From positions 3,472,001-3,536,000 of the forward strand of contig CM060734.1 of NCBI GenBank assembly GCA_030704615.1: a stretch of DNA of 64,000 bases. Direction: 5' to 3'. Below the pieces are notes generated by a model, which ran no database searches, was not told the DNA's origin, and saw only the letters and a list, made by a program, of their open reading frames with translations. Shown in pieces: positions 14,871 through 26,367 of the stretch. Source of the DNA: Takakia lepidozioides. Taxonomy: Eukaryota > Plantae > Bryophyta. The position numbers and the translations under genes are program-made. Position 1 is the stretch's first letter. Every line of letters begins with the position of its first letter.

Positions 14871-17800
14871 ATGCTCGAACCTGAGAGGGGGGGATTTTGT
14901 GCACCATACAGGAGACCTCGTCGCAAGCTCCAAAAATTATACTTCGGACGTAGGCCAATGCCGAAGGGGAGGAAGCAGATGCGTCTACAGGAGGAGATTG
15001 CCATCTCCGAGCAGCAGGCCACTCAGGCAACCCAGCCACCAGTGAGAGCTCCATGCGATCGGGCTGCGCGCAGCTGATCGAGCACCGAACCCCCCATTTT
15101 GCTTCTGTAATTCTTAGACTGAATGCTAGGAGACTTGAGTGCAGAACATGTTTGCATGCCTAACAGGAAAGGTGGACGTGCTGGAGGGATCGTAGGAATC
15201 CGAAGAGCCGCAGGAAGAGTCCGAGGAGCTAGCTGCAGCACGTACACCCACCCGATCCCCGAGCGCGGGTATTCCTGTCGGGCCTAGCCATGTGCGTTTC
15301 AAAGACGCGGCTTCGAAGGGCAAGTTCAAAGCCCCAGAGATCGACTCGCATTCTTCGGTCATGGAGAATCGCCAGCAGGGGTCGGGCCCTTCTCCAACAA
15401 AGTCGAAGAAGAAGCAGCCCGTCCCTCTACTGGTTTCTGAACCGGCTCAGGCCGCTTCACCCCCACCAATGCGAATGAAGCAGCCTGGTAAAAGACAGAT
15501 TCAATTGCAGCAGACACCTTAGCCTGCAAGGATGAGGAAGCAGAAGGCAATCAGGGCGACGGCCGAACAATCTCCCGCAAAACCGCTTCCACGAGCTGAA
15601 GCTCAGTTCTTGGAGGATTTCCCGCCTGCAGATGTTGGGGCCAACTCTGCTGCAGCGAAGGCAATGGGATCGACCGTTTCTGTCGATTTGGTACCGGAGG
15701 AGGGTGCTGCCGCTCAACGTTCGCAGCAAGACCTCACCACCGATGAACAAGCAGGCCCGGAGGAGGCCTCTGCAATGGCAGAATTGCCCGCAGACAGGCC
15801 CCAGAGTGCAGCTCCAGTTGAGGATGCTCCAGCTGCTCAGCCACTACCGGCACCTACAGACATGTCTCCGGAGGATTTCAAAAGTGCAGCTGATAAAATG
15901 TTGGAGGAGATACACAGTAGCATTGGCAGAGTTCTGGGCAGCAGGGTATTCCAGCGGACTCTTCGAATCCCACTCTGTCGCATGGTCTCCCTTCCCATCG
16001 TCAGGCAGGCCCTTCCCGGAGATGTGGATAAGCTCAAGTTCGCATTTCGAGAATGGTACCGTCTGGGATCGGCAGCGTTTTATGTTTCCATTGAGAATGA
16101 GGACGGCGAAACTCGTGGACCCACTGCCGATGAATTGTCAACGTGGGATACCCACTGGCACACTCGCAACAACGAATTTGAGGCGACGCTGAAGGGTGAT
16201 CCAGACTTCGGCCATATGTCGGGTAAAATGTTCTTTGTGTGGGACGGGAATCACCGACTTCTCGCCTGGTGGGAGTACATCAAGCAGAACCATGCCAAGC
16301 ACATTGGCTGGCATTACATGGTGGAGTGTGTCATCCTCAAGGTGAAGGCGGCAGACTCCTCCCTGCTCAAGAATGCCATGGCGGACCTCAACTCGTAAGA
16401 TACTCATACCCTCCCAAGCACGTTCGAAATGCGGTGCCGCATTTCGGTTTCCAATCTGTTTTGTTTCCGTGCTTTCGTGGATTGAACTGGAGAGTGTGCC
16501 TTGCAGGGTCACTGAAAATGCGTACGTGCATACCCACATGGCACATATGCTGTACAGGGTGAGGAAAACTGGTCTCACTGATCCGCACATGTTCGCGGAA
16601 ATGCTGGAGCCCGAGCTCATTCAGAAAGCCGTGGCAAAAACTGACCGGACATGGTATCGTCTCACTATGGATGGAATGGTGGAGGTGATATACGAAGTAA
16701 GTCGTCCTCCGATTTCCCTCTGCTCATCCTTCAGATTGAAATTTCCAGTAATTTTTCCACATGAATCGACTGTAACGCTTCTGCATGTTTTTGTTGGCAG
16801 TCAAACATCAAGCTGGATTTGGCCCATGCCAAACGCTTCTTCATGGAAAGTGAGGGGCAGGTGAAAACGTTGCAGTCATTGACTGAGCACTTGAAGGAAG
16901 CCGGTGTCAAGTCCAGAACCAAATACAAGTCAAAGCTTGTGAAGCTGGTGGCAATTGCAGATCCGGCACTTGGAAAGGACTTCATCCCCGAGATTGCAAA
17001 ACACTATTCTCGGGCCATGCAGCCGACCATGCAATTGGAGAAACTGCATCACCTCTCAACGGCATGTGTTGAGGCGAAAGAGAAGGTGAGGTTTCAATGC
17101 ACTGAAGTTCCTTCCTAGCAATAGCCACTCTCTTCCAGCTCCTGACATTGGATCGGAAATGGCAGACACGGTGGCTGTCGATCTGGAATGCATCCGAGAC
17201 AATGTGGTCTTTTCCACTGGAAGTTTCCGACCCTGCAGTGGATGTGTGGCTCAACCGCATGACTTGGTGGTTCCAGGTAATTCAAGGTACTTCCCCAGAT
17301 TTGCTTTTCTGAAATGAATTCCCTGAACTGCTACGTGACAATGCATGTGGGAATCGCAGGTAATGTCGAATGCGAAGGAGCAAGTCGTAATGCACACAAA
17401 TTTGTTCGGCTTGTACGTCAAATGGGATGGAACACAGACACTGGAAGACTACGTGACACGTTTCAGATGTGCGTACAAGGACAACCTTTTCGCCAGAGAG
17501 CTACAGACAGCAAGAAGGAGCGTGGAGTTTACACATCAGGAGGGAGTGGAGAAAGCTGCAATGCAAATTGTTTACAGGTGAAGCACAGCTGCCCTTGTAT
17601 GCGAAGCCTGGTTACGAGGTTTGTCTCGGAAATGCGGCACCGCATTCGCATTTTATGTTTTCGGTGGCACTCTGCGAGTAGGTTCGTCCAATCTTATGCT
17701 CACGCATGCTGACTGCCCTGCAGGTATATGAAATACGTGCTTCTTCAGACAGGGGCCCTGGCTCAAGAGCCCCCGTTCTTCATGGCTTGGACCGTGGCGG

Positions 17801-20076
17801 GCCCAAGCTGTGTCTACACACCCGAGATGCAGAAACAATGGCATCCCGCGCATCTCGTTGGATGCCCCTGGTACCTGGATATGTCTGACGGTATTGTTGA
17901 CGAGTCTGAGAAAGATCTGCACGCCTTGGCAGAAGAGAAGAGAAAGGAAAGACGTGTCCCTGCTGGGCCAAAGTCGGCAAAGGAATCTGCTGCTCTGGAA
18001 GAATCCAGAAAGGCAGCTGAGATGGCACAAAAGACGGTGGATGCAGCTGTGCAGGCCCAACAGAAGGGGTCGAAGAAGAGGACTCGCCAGCAAGGAGCAG
18101 CTGTTGTGACACCCGCCAAAACGAAGAAGCAGAAACAGCCTGTTCAGGAAGAGGGTGAGGAAGAGGACTCCGATGGAGACTTTGCAACCAGCCCACCCCC
18201 CCAAACGCAGGCTACCTCCCCTGTGCCCACCGTTGTCACGAGAGGCACGAGAACTGGCTCGGCAAAGAAGGCACTCTTCAACCCCCCAGGGGGGCACCCT
18301 TTCGAGCCGGTGGAAATGAAGAGGCCGAAAGTGGCTCCCGAAACATTAGTCTAGTGTGTAAATGAGAGTTTCTTGGCGGCTTTGGATGGATGGGCAGCCA
18401 AGTTGGCATACATGAAGACCATGGAGGGTCTGAAGGGCAGAGCACTGAAGAAGGCGACTGCCGAAGAGCCTTCCGACACCCCAGGATTTCAGAATATGGT
18501 CTCGTTCTTTGAGAGGGTGTGTGCAGACAAGGATTGTAGGAGGGGCGGAAATGCCACCAAGTGGTCTTGCGATATGATCATCTTGGATATTCCGGACGGA
18601 GAGCCTATGGAAGGACTGCAAGCTTTGCCATCTTGGAACAGGTACTCGGAGGACTTTTGGAAGAAAGGATTCGGGCTTGCCCGCATGGTGTTGGATGACA
18701 GAGGCTGTGTGGTTGTCCTGGCGAGCAGAGGAAAAAACACTCAGACAGGAATTGCGAAGTGGACCCGCAAGAGCGCTGTCCCGATTCTGAAAAAGAAGTG
18801 GACGTGCATCAACACACTGGGCCTTCGGTCGGAAGGGAAGAAGGTGATTACGACACTGGCACTCGTCCATTCATTTGCTTGGGTGTTTTCAAATGCGGTG
18901 CCACATTCGGTTTCTAATCGTTCCCCCCTGTGTATGCAGACGAAGCAGTTCGATGCATACTGCTTTGTGAAGGAGAACTCCACCTTTGCTTTCCGGAAGG
19001 AGGGAGGAAAGGTTGACCCGAACTGCGACCCCCTCGATTACGACGTTCTGTTCAACAACGTTCCCAAGGAACTTCTCCCTCATAGCCTCACTTCAACGGA
19101 ACCCCTGCGGTACTCACGGACTCGGAGCCCTGCCTTCATTCAGACAATTATGGAGACATGCACAGACGTGGATGGCACAGTGCTCGACCTCATCTGTGGG
19201 ACAAGTATGCAGAATCTTGATCTATGCTGTTCTGCAAATTCTCGTTAGGATGTAGTTCGCAACATCTGAAGCGTCGTGTGGTAATGTGTGGATGGCATTG
19301 TAATAGGTGCCTCAATGTGGGCTGGGCGGTTTTCCGACCGGCACCTCTTTGCCTACGAGGAGGATTCATCCGTGTGGGGATCCCATCTGGAAGGGCTGCA
19401 ACGGAATGTTAAGGCTCCCAACAGAGCGGAAGTCTCCTCGGATTCGTCGGAGTCCGAGGAAGACACAGTGGACATTGATGCGGAGGAGAACCCGGAATAC
19501 GAGTGAGTGCAAACATTGTAAGTTTGCAAAGCCTTCTGGGTCATTTTTGTCAAACGAATTTCCCGACTGTGGTTCTCATTAGTCTCGTTGATGATTGTCA
19601 TGTGCAGGATTGCAGGGTCCGGGTCGAAACATGTAGGGCCTACACTTCCTGCCAGGAAGAATGTCCCGTTCTTTGCGAGGGCCGACTTCATGACGAGCCT
19701 GGTGAGGGACTACTCCCTTCCTAGTTATGCAGCTAAACTCGCAAATACAGCGATTAGAAGAAGTGAGAATCCCAGTAAAGTAGAGCAGATTTTGGAGAGG
19801 GCTAGGGAGGACAGAAGGATAAGGAAAGAGTTGGCAGCAGCTCAGACAGGTAGACGGGTACGAAAGTACATATGTGATTCAGCGGATGAGAGCGACGCAG
19901 ACAGGGAGGAAGACGACCCAACGGAGGTGAGATGGACAGTTCCGCAAGGGGAAGATGGGATTTTCGAAAGCCTAGCCAACGAGCAGTCCGCTGGAGATGA
20001 GAAAGGCACTGAGGGGGTGGAGGCGGAGCAGGACAGTCTAGAACAGGATGAGGATTCGGATGATTTTCAAGATTAA
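14871..20076 (+). pseudogene. Copy A: multi-exon gene encoding a ParB/Srx-like domain plus a C-terminal beta-class N6A/N4C DNA-methyltransferase-like fold; three in-frame TAG stops; exons ~14871-15026/15041, 15172-16394, 16508-16696, 16801-17086, ~17140-17276, 17361-17577, 17724-18843, 18940-19205, 19307-19502, 19608-20076
   Basis: ParB-like LRIPLCRM..VRQAL..DVDKLK..FFVWDGNHRLLAW. MTase motif-IV-like DMIILDIPDG precedes RSPAFIQTIMETCT..TVLDLICGT..RHLFAYEED (motif X/I/II order of the beta class). Intron positions are shared with copies B and C. TAG stops at 15193, 15520 and 18352. Confidence 0.75.
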
Positions 20077-20212
20077 TAGAATTTTAATGAAGTCTCTGTA
20101 AATGTAAATTCTCTTCCAGAGTATATAAAGGAAAATCTCCCCGACATTCGTGACCCCTCTCCAGTGTGCATTCCAGCCAAACAATCGCCCAAACCACGAC
20201 GCTCCCAAAATC

Positions 20213-20982
20213 AGAAATGGGGCACCGCATTTCCAAAATTTTGGCAACTCTAAAAACCTCTTTTGGAAATGCGGCACCTCATTTCCAAAACAGGGGAGGG
20301 ACTAAATTTTCCATTTCAATGTTGGCATAGTAAAAAGTAATTGGCCGATTGGAAATGCGGTGCCGCATTTCCAAAATTTCCTTTGTCCACACGCCAGTTT
20401 TGGCTTCTCCCGCTCATTGCATGGATGCCACCACGCTTACAGAGGTCGAACAAGGAGGTCGAACAAGGAGGTCGAGATGGCGGAATTGGAAATGCGGTAC
20501 CGCATTTCCATATTGGGGATGGTCGTTGTTTGAACTGCAGGCCCATCAGCAAAAATTGGCACTGCATTCCATTGTCAAAAAAAAGTCGATGACGGACATG
20601 GAAATGCGGCGCCGCATTTCCAGAACGGACATCGCAATTTGTCCATTTGCAGACCCTCTCACGGAAATGCGGTAACGCATTCCATCGCGCTGGTCGGAAA
20701 TGTCACACTTTTCGAAGTGTTGGACGGAAATGCGGCACCGCATTCCCTTGTCCAAAAAGAAGTTTCCATTGCCAAGCTGGAAATGCGTCGCCGCATTTGC
20801 AATGCCAACCTCGTTGTCTGTCCAATTTATAGACCCGTGTTGGTATTTCGTGTACCTGGACGGAAATGATGCACCGCATTCCATTGTCCGACACTGAAAT
20901 GCGGTTCATACATTTCCATGTCGGCATGGAAATGCGGTGCCGCATTCCAATGTCCGACATGGAAATGCGGTGCCGCATTTCG
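20213..20982. repeat. Downstream array of ~12 copies of the same 22-bp palindrome, irregularly spaced
   Basis: Copies at ~20213, 20265, 20351, 20488, 20600, 20663, 20726, 20779, 20862, 20895, 20928 and 20961. Confidence 0.9.
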
Positions 20983-21237
20983 ATGCCGACATGGCGTTAC
21001 TCTGGTATATTCTTGACACATGACTCTCATACCGGTTACTCTGGTATATTCATCCGGACAGACAAATTGTAGAAATGAGACATCAAATTGTAAACAGTGG
21101 GCCAATTCCGACAGTTATTCAACAGAATGAAACACAATCATACAGAAGTGAGGTACGATGGGTTTATTGATCGGACACGATGTCTCACATTTACCAACTG
21201 CAGACAAAACTAAGCCCTTCCTCCTTCTACATGGGCT

Positions 21238-21816
21238 TCACCAAGTCGACGGAACTTCGATACCCCTCAAAACAAGCTCATCACTGCTGCGGCACCTCAA
21301 GGTAAACTGCAATTCGGTCATTCTGCTGCCCTTGCTGGAGCCGACGACAATGTCATGTCCATCAATGATACCACCATCATACATTGACAAGGTCACTGTG
21401 GGCCTCATGTGCCCGTGCGATTCGTCTTCGCAACTCAGCCGAATGTCTCCATACACTGGAAGAGCGGAGTGATCTGCACGTATATAGTTTTCCCCGGTGC
21501 CGTCCTCCCTGGTCCACTGGCAGCAGTTCCAGCGCCAAAGCGAGGCCGTGCGTGATCTGTCCGGCATCCCTTTCCAGCTTGGTATATCGAGGTCAACAAT
21601 TTTCAGGACCCACGGACCGCATTGACCCTCGCCCTCGCCTCGCTCAAAGCGGTAATAGCCCTCCAGATACTCCATTGCGCGCAAAGACTCTTGCTTGATT
21701 CCAGCAGCGTCTGTGAAAACAGAGAGCCAGACAATGATGTCTCCTGATTCTGGTTTGAACATAGCATAATCGTGGCCATGATAAGGGCAGTCGGCTGGAT
21801 TTCGGCGGCACGGCAT
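21238..21816 (-). CDS. Unknown ~190-aa protein, family X copy 1
   Basis: Open ORF from ATG 21816 (MPCRRNPADCPYHGHDYAMFKPESGDIIVW..). Collinear similarity to 22366-22929. Confidence 0.7.
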   Translation of the reverse strand: MPCRRNPADCPYHGHDYAMFKPESGDIIVWLSVFTDAAGIKQESLRAMEYLEGYYRFERGEGEGQCGPWVLKIVDLDIPSWKGMPDRSRTASLWRWNCCQWTREDGTGENYIRADHSALPVYGDIRLSCEDESHGHMRPTVTLSMYDGGIIDGHDIVVGSSKGSRMTELQFTLRCRSSDELVLRGIEVPSTW

Positions 21817-22072
21817 CCTTGAAAAAGAGTAGCGGAGTACGCTCAATGACAGCAGCTCCCGGATGGAGGAGGAGCAGCGCGGTGGCTGAAAAAAGTTCAA
21901 GCTAACGCTGCAATTCCTCACAAACACTCCAGGGCACATTTAAATTTCCCCCTACAGGATCCTGGAACGATGAAGATTGGCTGCTGCATGAATGTAGCCG
22001 TTTCAGTTTCCTACCCTGCCATGCAAACTATGGGCAGTCACTGCCAAGTGGGCCGATAGCCACTGGACACGA

Positions 22073-22136
22073 CGAAGTCCATCCCCTCTTCGATGTAAAT
22101 GCGGCGCCGAATTTCCATCCGAGGGGATGGACTTCG
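22073..22136. repeat. 64-bp fold-back palindrome centred on one array-type palindrome
   Basis: Perfect 16-bp arms CGAAGTCCATCCCCTC and GAGGGGATGGACTTCG enclose GATGTAAATGCGGCGCCGAATTTCCATC. Confidence 0.9.
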
Positions 22137-22365
22137 GTGGCAGATCTCAAACTATAACTTGTTGATGAGAAAGATGTATGGGTTCATCCACCGCTGGCGT
22201 GATGAACACGTTCCACCTCTGTCGGTGGGTACGTGGGACCCAGATGCTCCATTATTGGAGGCCGGACTGCTCTTCCGCTTCGCATCATTTCCAAAATCTA
22301 AGGGCTTCGTAGCTGTCCGCAAGGTCATCGGCATCCAAGTCGTCCTCAGGTCCTCCTTTGCAAGG

Positions 22366-22929
22366 ATGTCGTGCTTCCGGAACCGGGACGACTGCCCATT
22401 TGGAGGCATCGATTATGCAATGTATTCGGCCACATCGGGAGACATTGTTATCTGGTACACAGATTACAGAGAAGATACTGATTCGATTGTGGAAACATTG
22501 GTGGCTTTTGAGTATATCCTAGGCCACTACGCCTTCGAGCGGGGTGACGATCTTGGTCTGAGGAGTCCGTGGCTCCTGTGCATCCTCGATTCCGATTTTC
22601 CCAGCTACGACGGTCACCCATGCAGAAGAAGACGCACTGCTATGCTGTTGCGGTGGAACTGCTGCCACTGGACGTGGGTGGACTCCATCGGAGAGACCTA
22701 TTCTCCTGAAGGAGTGCGCTCCTCTTCTCCATTGTATGGGGACATTCGCATTGGTGTGGACGACGAAAACGTGAAGATTTCCATATTCGATGGTGGTATG
22801 ATTGAAGGGCAGGACATTGTGGTGAACATCACTAGGGGCGGTACAACGGCTGCAATCGACTTTACCTGGAGGAGCCCCATGACTCATGAGCTAGTTCTGA
22901 GAGCAGTCGAAGTCCCATTGACAACGTGA
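22366..22929 (+). CDS. Unknown ~187-aa protein, family X copy 2
   Basis: MSCFRNRDDCPFGGIDYAMYSATSGDIVIW.. shares DCP, DYAM, SGDI, FERG, PW, RWNCC, YGDIR, DGG.I.G.DIVV and ELVLR..EVP with copy 1. Confidence 0.7.
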   Translation: MSCFRNRDDCPFGGIDYAMYSATSGDIVIWYTDYREDTDSIVETLVAFEYILGHYAFERGDDLGLRSPWLLCILDSDFPSYDGHPCRRRRTAMLLRWNCCHWTWVDSIGETYSPEGVRSSSPLYGDIRIGVDDENVKISIFDGGMIEGQDIVVNITRGGTTAAIDFTWRSPMTHELVLRAVEVPLTT

Positions 22930-23309
22930 CTTGTATTCAGTAGGCACAGGGCTAAAGATTTGATTGCACAATCAGCACAGTAGACGTGCTTCAAATGCAA
23001 TTCATGTGGATCAATAAAAACCTCATTGTGCCCTCTTTTTATTCTATTCTGTGTCCATCGTTCCGAGAATGCGTCATTGCTCATTTCGTTTGGGATTGGG
23101 AGTGTGGGTGGATTTTGCAAGTGGCTGGTAGGCTGAAATGGGCCCCCATTGTACAGAGCAGTACCACCCTACCATTCGCGAAACATTGCCTTTCAATATA
23201 TAATTCTAAATAACATTGCCGAACCTCCTTCATCGGGAGGTCCTTCTCCCCCTATGACCGTGGCACCCTAAACCCTATTCCCGCGGACACTCATTTCCAG
23301 AAAATAGTG

Positions 23310-23386
23310 CTGCTCATGTTTTTTTCCACACTTACGACTCTGCTCATGGCTCATGCCGCTCATGGCTCATGGCTCATGAAATAGCA
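23310..23386. repeat. (GCTCATG)n tract ending GAAATAGCA
   Basis: Directly visible. A homologous tract occurs at 49765-49820. Confidence 0.75.
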
Positions 23387-24369
23387 GCCCCCGTACCTTC
23401 GTGACCCCTTGGTAGCTCCATACATCTCCTCCATTGTGTCCCACAACAATGACAAGGAAACAACTTGCACCGCCGGTGTGAGTCCTCTTGATTCACAATC
23501 CGAATCAGAATCTTCCATAGAAGACACAGGAGGTGAAGGTGGCCTAAACCGCACACCTCGTCTCGTGTACCCACTAGTATCGCTAGTGCTCAAACCAGCA
23601 CTGTCCCCAGCAACTAGTGGCACCTCTGTGTTGACAAACTGTCACTCAACCGGTCATGAACATGTCCCTAATCCCCTCTCCACAAGGTACCCGGGTAGAG
23701 AACCTGTTGCGGCTTATGGTTTGGAATACTAGGTTCCTAACATAGCCTACGCCTGCACCTGCATCCACCGCAAGCACTCCTATGGTTGGCTGGTCATCAC
23801 CTCCAACCTCACCACAGGAGAAACAATGATGGTATGACTGGTCATCACCCCAGCCTCACCATTGACAGCATGCTCTAAGACTGGCCAGTGATCAAACCCG
23901 GACCAATCACCTATAAAAACAAGCGCCCACACAAAACTAACATGGCGCACAATCAAGCATGTAGATATGGAGGGGATCCAAACACAAGAAATCAGAACGA
24001 CAACTCCCCCACACCAAAAATAACTCCACGGTGTTGCTCCTGCAAGGACACCCCAGCCCAAACCCGGACTGACTCTTGCCTCCACCTACGGAAAGGTCTT
24101 GGTCTAATGAGAGGGTGGAAAACTACGAGGAAGAGAAGCTAAAGCAATGCCTAACCCCAGCATGCCCTCATCCCAACACTCTTCCTCTCTTCTCTTCTCT
24201 CACTTGCATGACCATGGGAATATCATGAAGATACTCCTCAAACCGCCCTCCACGAGCTTTGAAATTTGGCCTTCAAGACCACATGCCAGTCCTCAGGCAG
24301 TCCACCAATGCCTCCACGAGTTAGCACAGGCTGTCCACAAGTCAACACGGGCCACCACAGACTAGCACA

Positions 24370-24950
24370 GGCCCACACAGATCACTCGTCACGCTGTCAC
24401 AGCTCCACACAGGCCACAGCCCCACAGCCCATCACAGCCCCACAGGCCACAGGTCACAGCCTGTCACAGCCCATCACAGCCCCAAAGGCCACAAGGCACA
24501 GCCTGTCAGAGCCAATCACAACCCGTCACAACCCCAAAGGCCACAGGGCACAGCCTATCACAGCCTGTCACAGCCCTCCACATGTCACAGGGTCACAGCC
24601 CCACAAGCCACAGCCTATCACAGCCCATCACAGCCCGCCACAGACTGTCACAGTCCATCACAACCCCACAGGCCACCTGTCACAGCCCATCACAACCCAT
24701 CACATCCCCACAAGCCATAGGACACAGCCTGTCATGGCCCCAAAGGCCACAGGGCACAGCCTGTCACAGCCAGTCACAGTCCATCACAGCCCCAAAGGCC
24801 ACAGGGCACAGCCTATCACAGCCCTACGCAGGTCACAGGGTCACAGGATCACAGCCCCACAGGCCACAGCCTGTCACAGTCCGTCACAGCCCCACAGGTC
24901 ACAGCCTGTCACAGCCCCAAAGGCCACATGGCACAGCCCATCACAGCCGC
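24370..24950. repeat. CACAGCC/CACAGG-based minisatellite
   Basis: Dozens of CACAGCC, GTCACAGCC and CCAAAGGCCACAGG units. Confidence 0.9.
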
Positions 24951-26016
24951 ATCCATGGCCGCTCATGGTAGCTTAGCCATTTCTCCAAAGGGGTTTAGCC
25001 ACGCCAAGCTAGGGTTTGTGTCTAGGCTTCTTTGCACCGAGCTATGGGGGCTGTGAGGAAATCAACAAGGTATTCTTGCTCTTTATGGCTCCCACACACC
25101 ACCAATAGTAGCTCTAATTCCAAAGGAAGATGTTTGCAACCAAAACTAAGTGCACAAGCTTCCTTTTAACTCACAAAACAGCGCCATTGATCCCTATGGC
25201 GACTAACCAAACATGGCTGACTTCCAACCCTTGTAGGCACTCATTCACGCCTTTTCTTGACCATAGCACGCCCCTTCAAACCTAATCCAGCCCATGCACC
25301 TGCTGCTTCAAGAGTTGTGCTCCCTTCAAGCTTGAAGTTGAAACCCCAACTCACATATGCCCTACAAGTGCCAGCCCTAGCCCTTCCATTCTAGCTCTCT
25401 AAAGCTTGAAAACAAGAGCCTCAATGGGCTGAAGGCATGCTCCCTATGGGAAGCCTTATGAAATATGGAAGAGAAGCCTCTTATGGCAGCATAATGACAA
25501 TTTTCACGCATCCCACTCTCATCATAAGAGAATCAGCTCATTTGCTTCCTTTCTTGCACCCACAAACCTAAAAATACAAGCTTCAGCGGGCTGAAAGCAT
25601 GCTCCACGTATGCCCTACAGGGGAACCAGCCCCTTCCTTCCTTTCTGGCACTCCCAAACCTGAAAGTACAAGCCTTCAAGAGGCTGAAAGCATGCTCCAC
25701 ACATGCATTGCCCTCACATAAGGAAAGTCAGCCCTTCCCTCTTCCTTGCTTGCCCTTCAAGCTTGAAGATGGAAGCTTCAATGAGCTGAATACATGCTCC
25801 ACACTGCAACCTCTTCACACAAGAGGTATCAGCCCCCTATCTTGGCTCCTTGGCTCCTTGATGCTCTCTAAGACAAGACTAAGCACTCCACAGCCTTTGC
25901 CAAGCTCCTGAAACCCTAAGGCTTACATTTCCAACCACAAGACACTCATCTTGTGGTGCAAGAGCTCTTCTTCCAAGCTCTGAAACCCTAGGTGCACATT
26001 CCATGGCCTTGCCACA

Positions 26017-26367
26017 CCTCTTAGCTCCTATTCCAGCCCTGCTCTTGCCATGACAAAAGCCCTCTCAATGTTGAAGCTCGAGATTGAAACCCAATCTCAA
26101 CATACTCCACAAAGTGCATTGATTTGCCCCAAGCCAAATCAGCCCTTTCGCTTGGTCTTACAATCCTTCACACAATGAAAGCTCACATTCCCCTCTTAGG
26201 TCCTGTTCCAGCCCTGCTCTTGCCATGACAAGAGCCCTCTCAATGCTGAAGCTCGAGATTGAAACCCAATCTCAACATACTCCACAAAGTGCATTGATTT
26301 GCCCCAAGCCAAATCAGCCCTTTCACTTGGTCTTGCAATCCTTCACACAATGAAAGCTCGCATTCCC
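26017..26367. repeat. 175-bp tandem duplication
   Basis: 26017-26191 is nearly identical to 26192-26367. Confidence 0.9.

Noticed and set aside
24266-24976. 236-aa His/Pro/Thr-rich ORF
   Set aside because: Stop-free read-through of the CACAGCC minisatellite.
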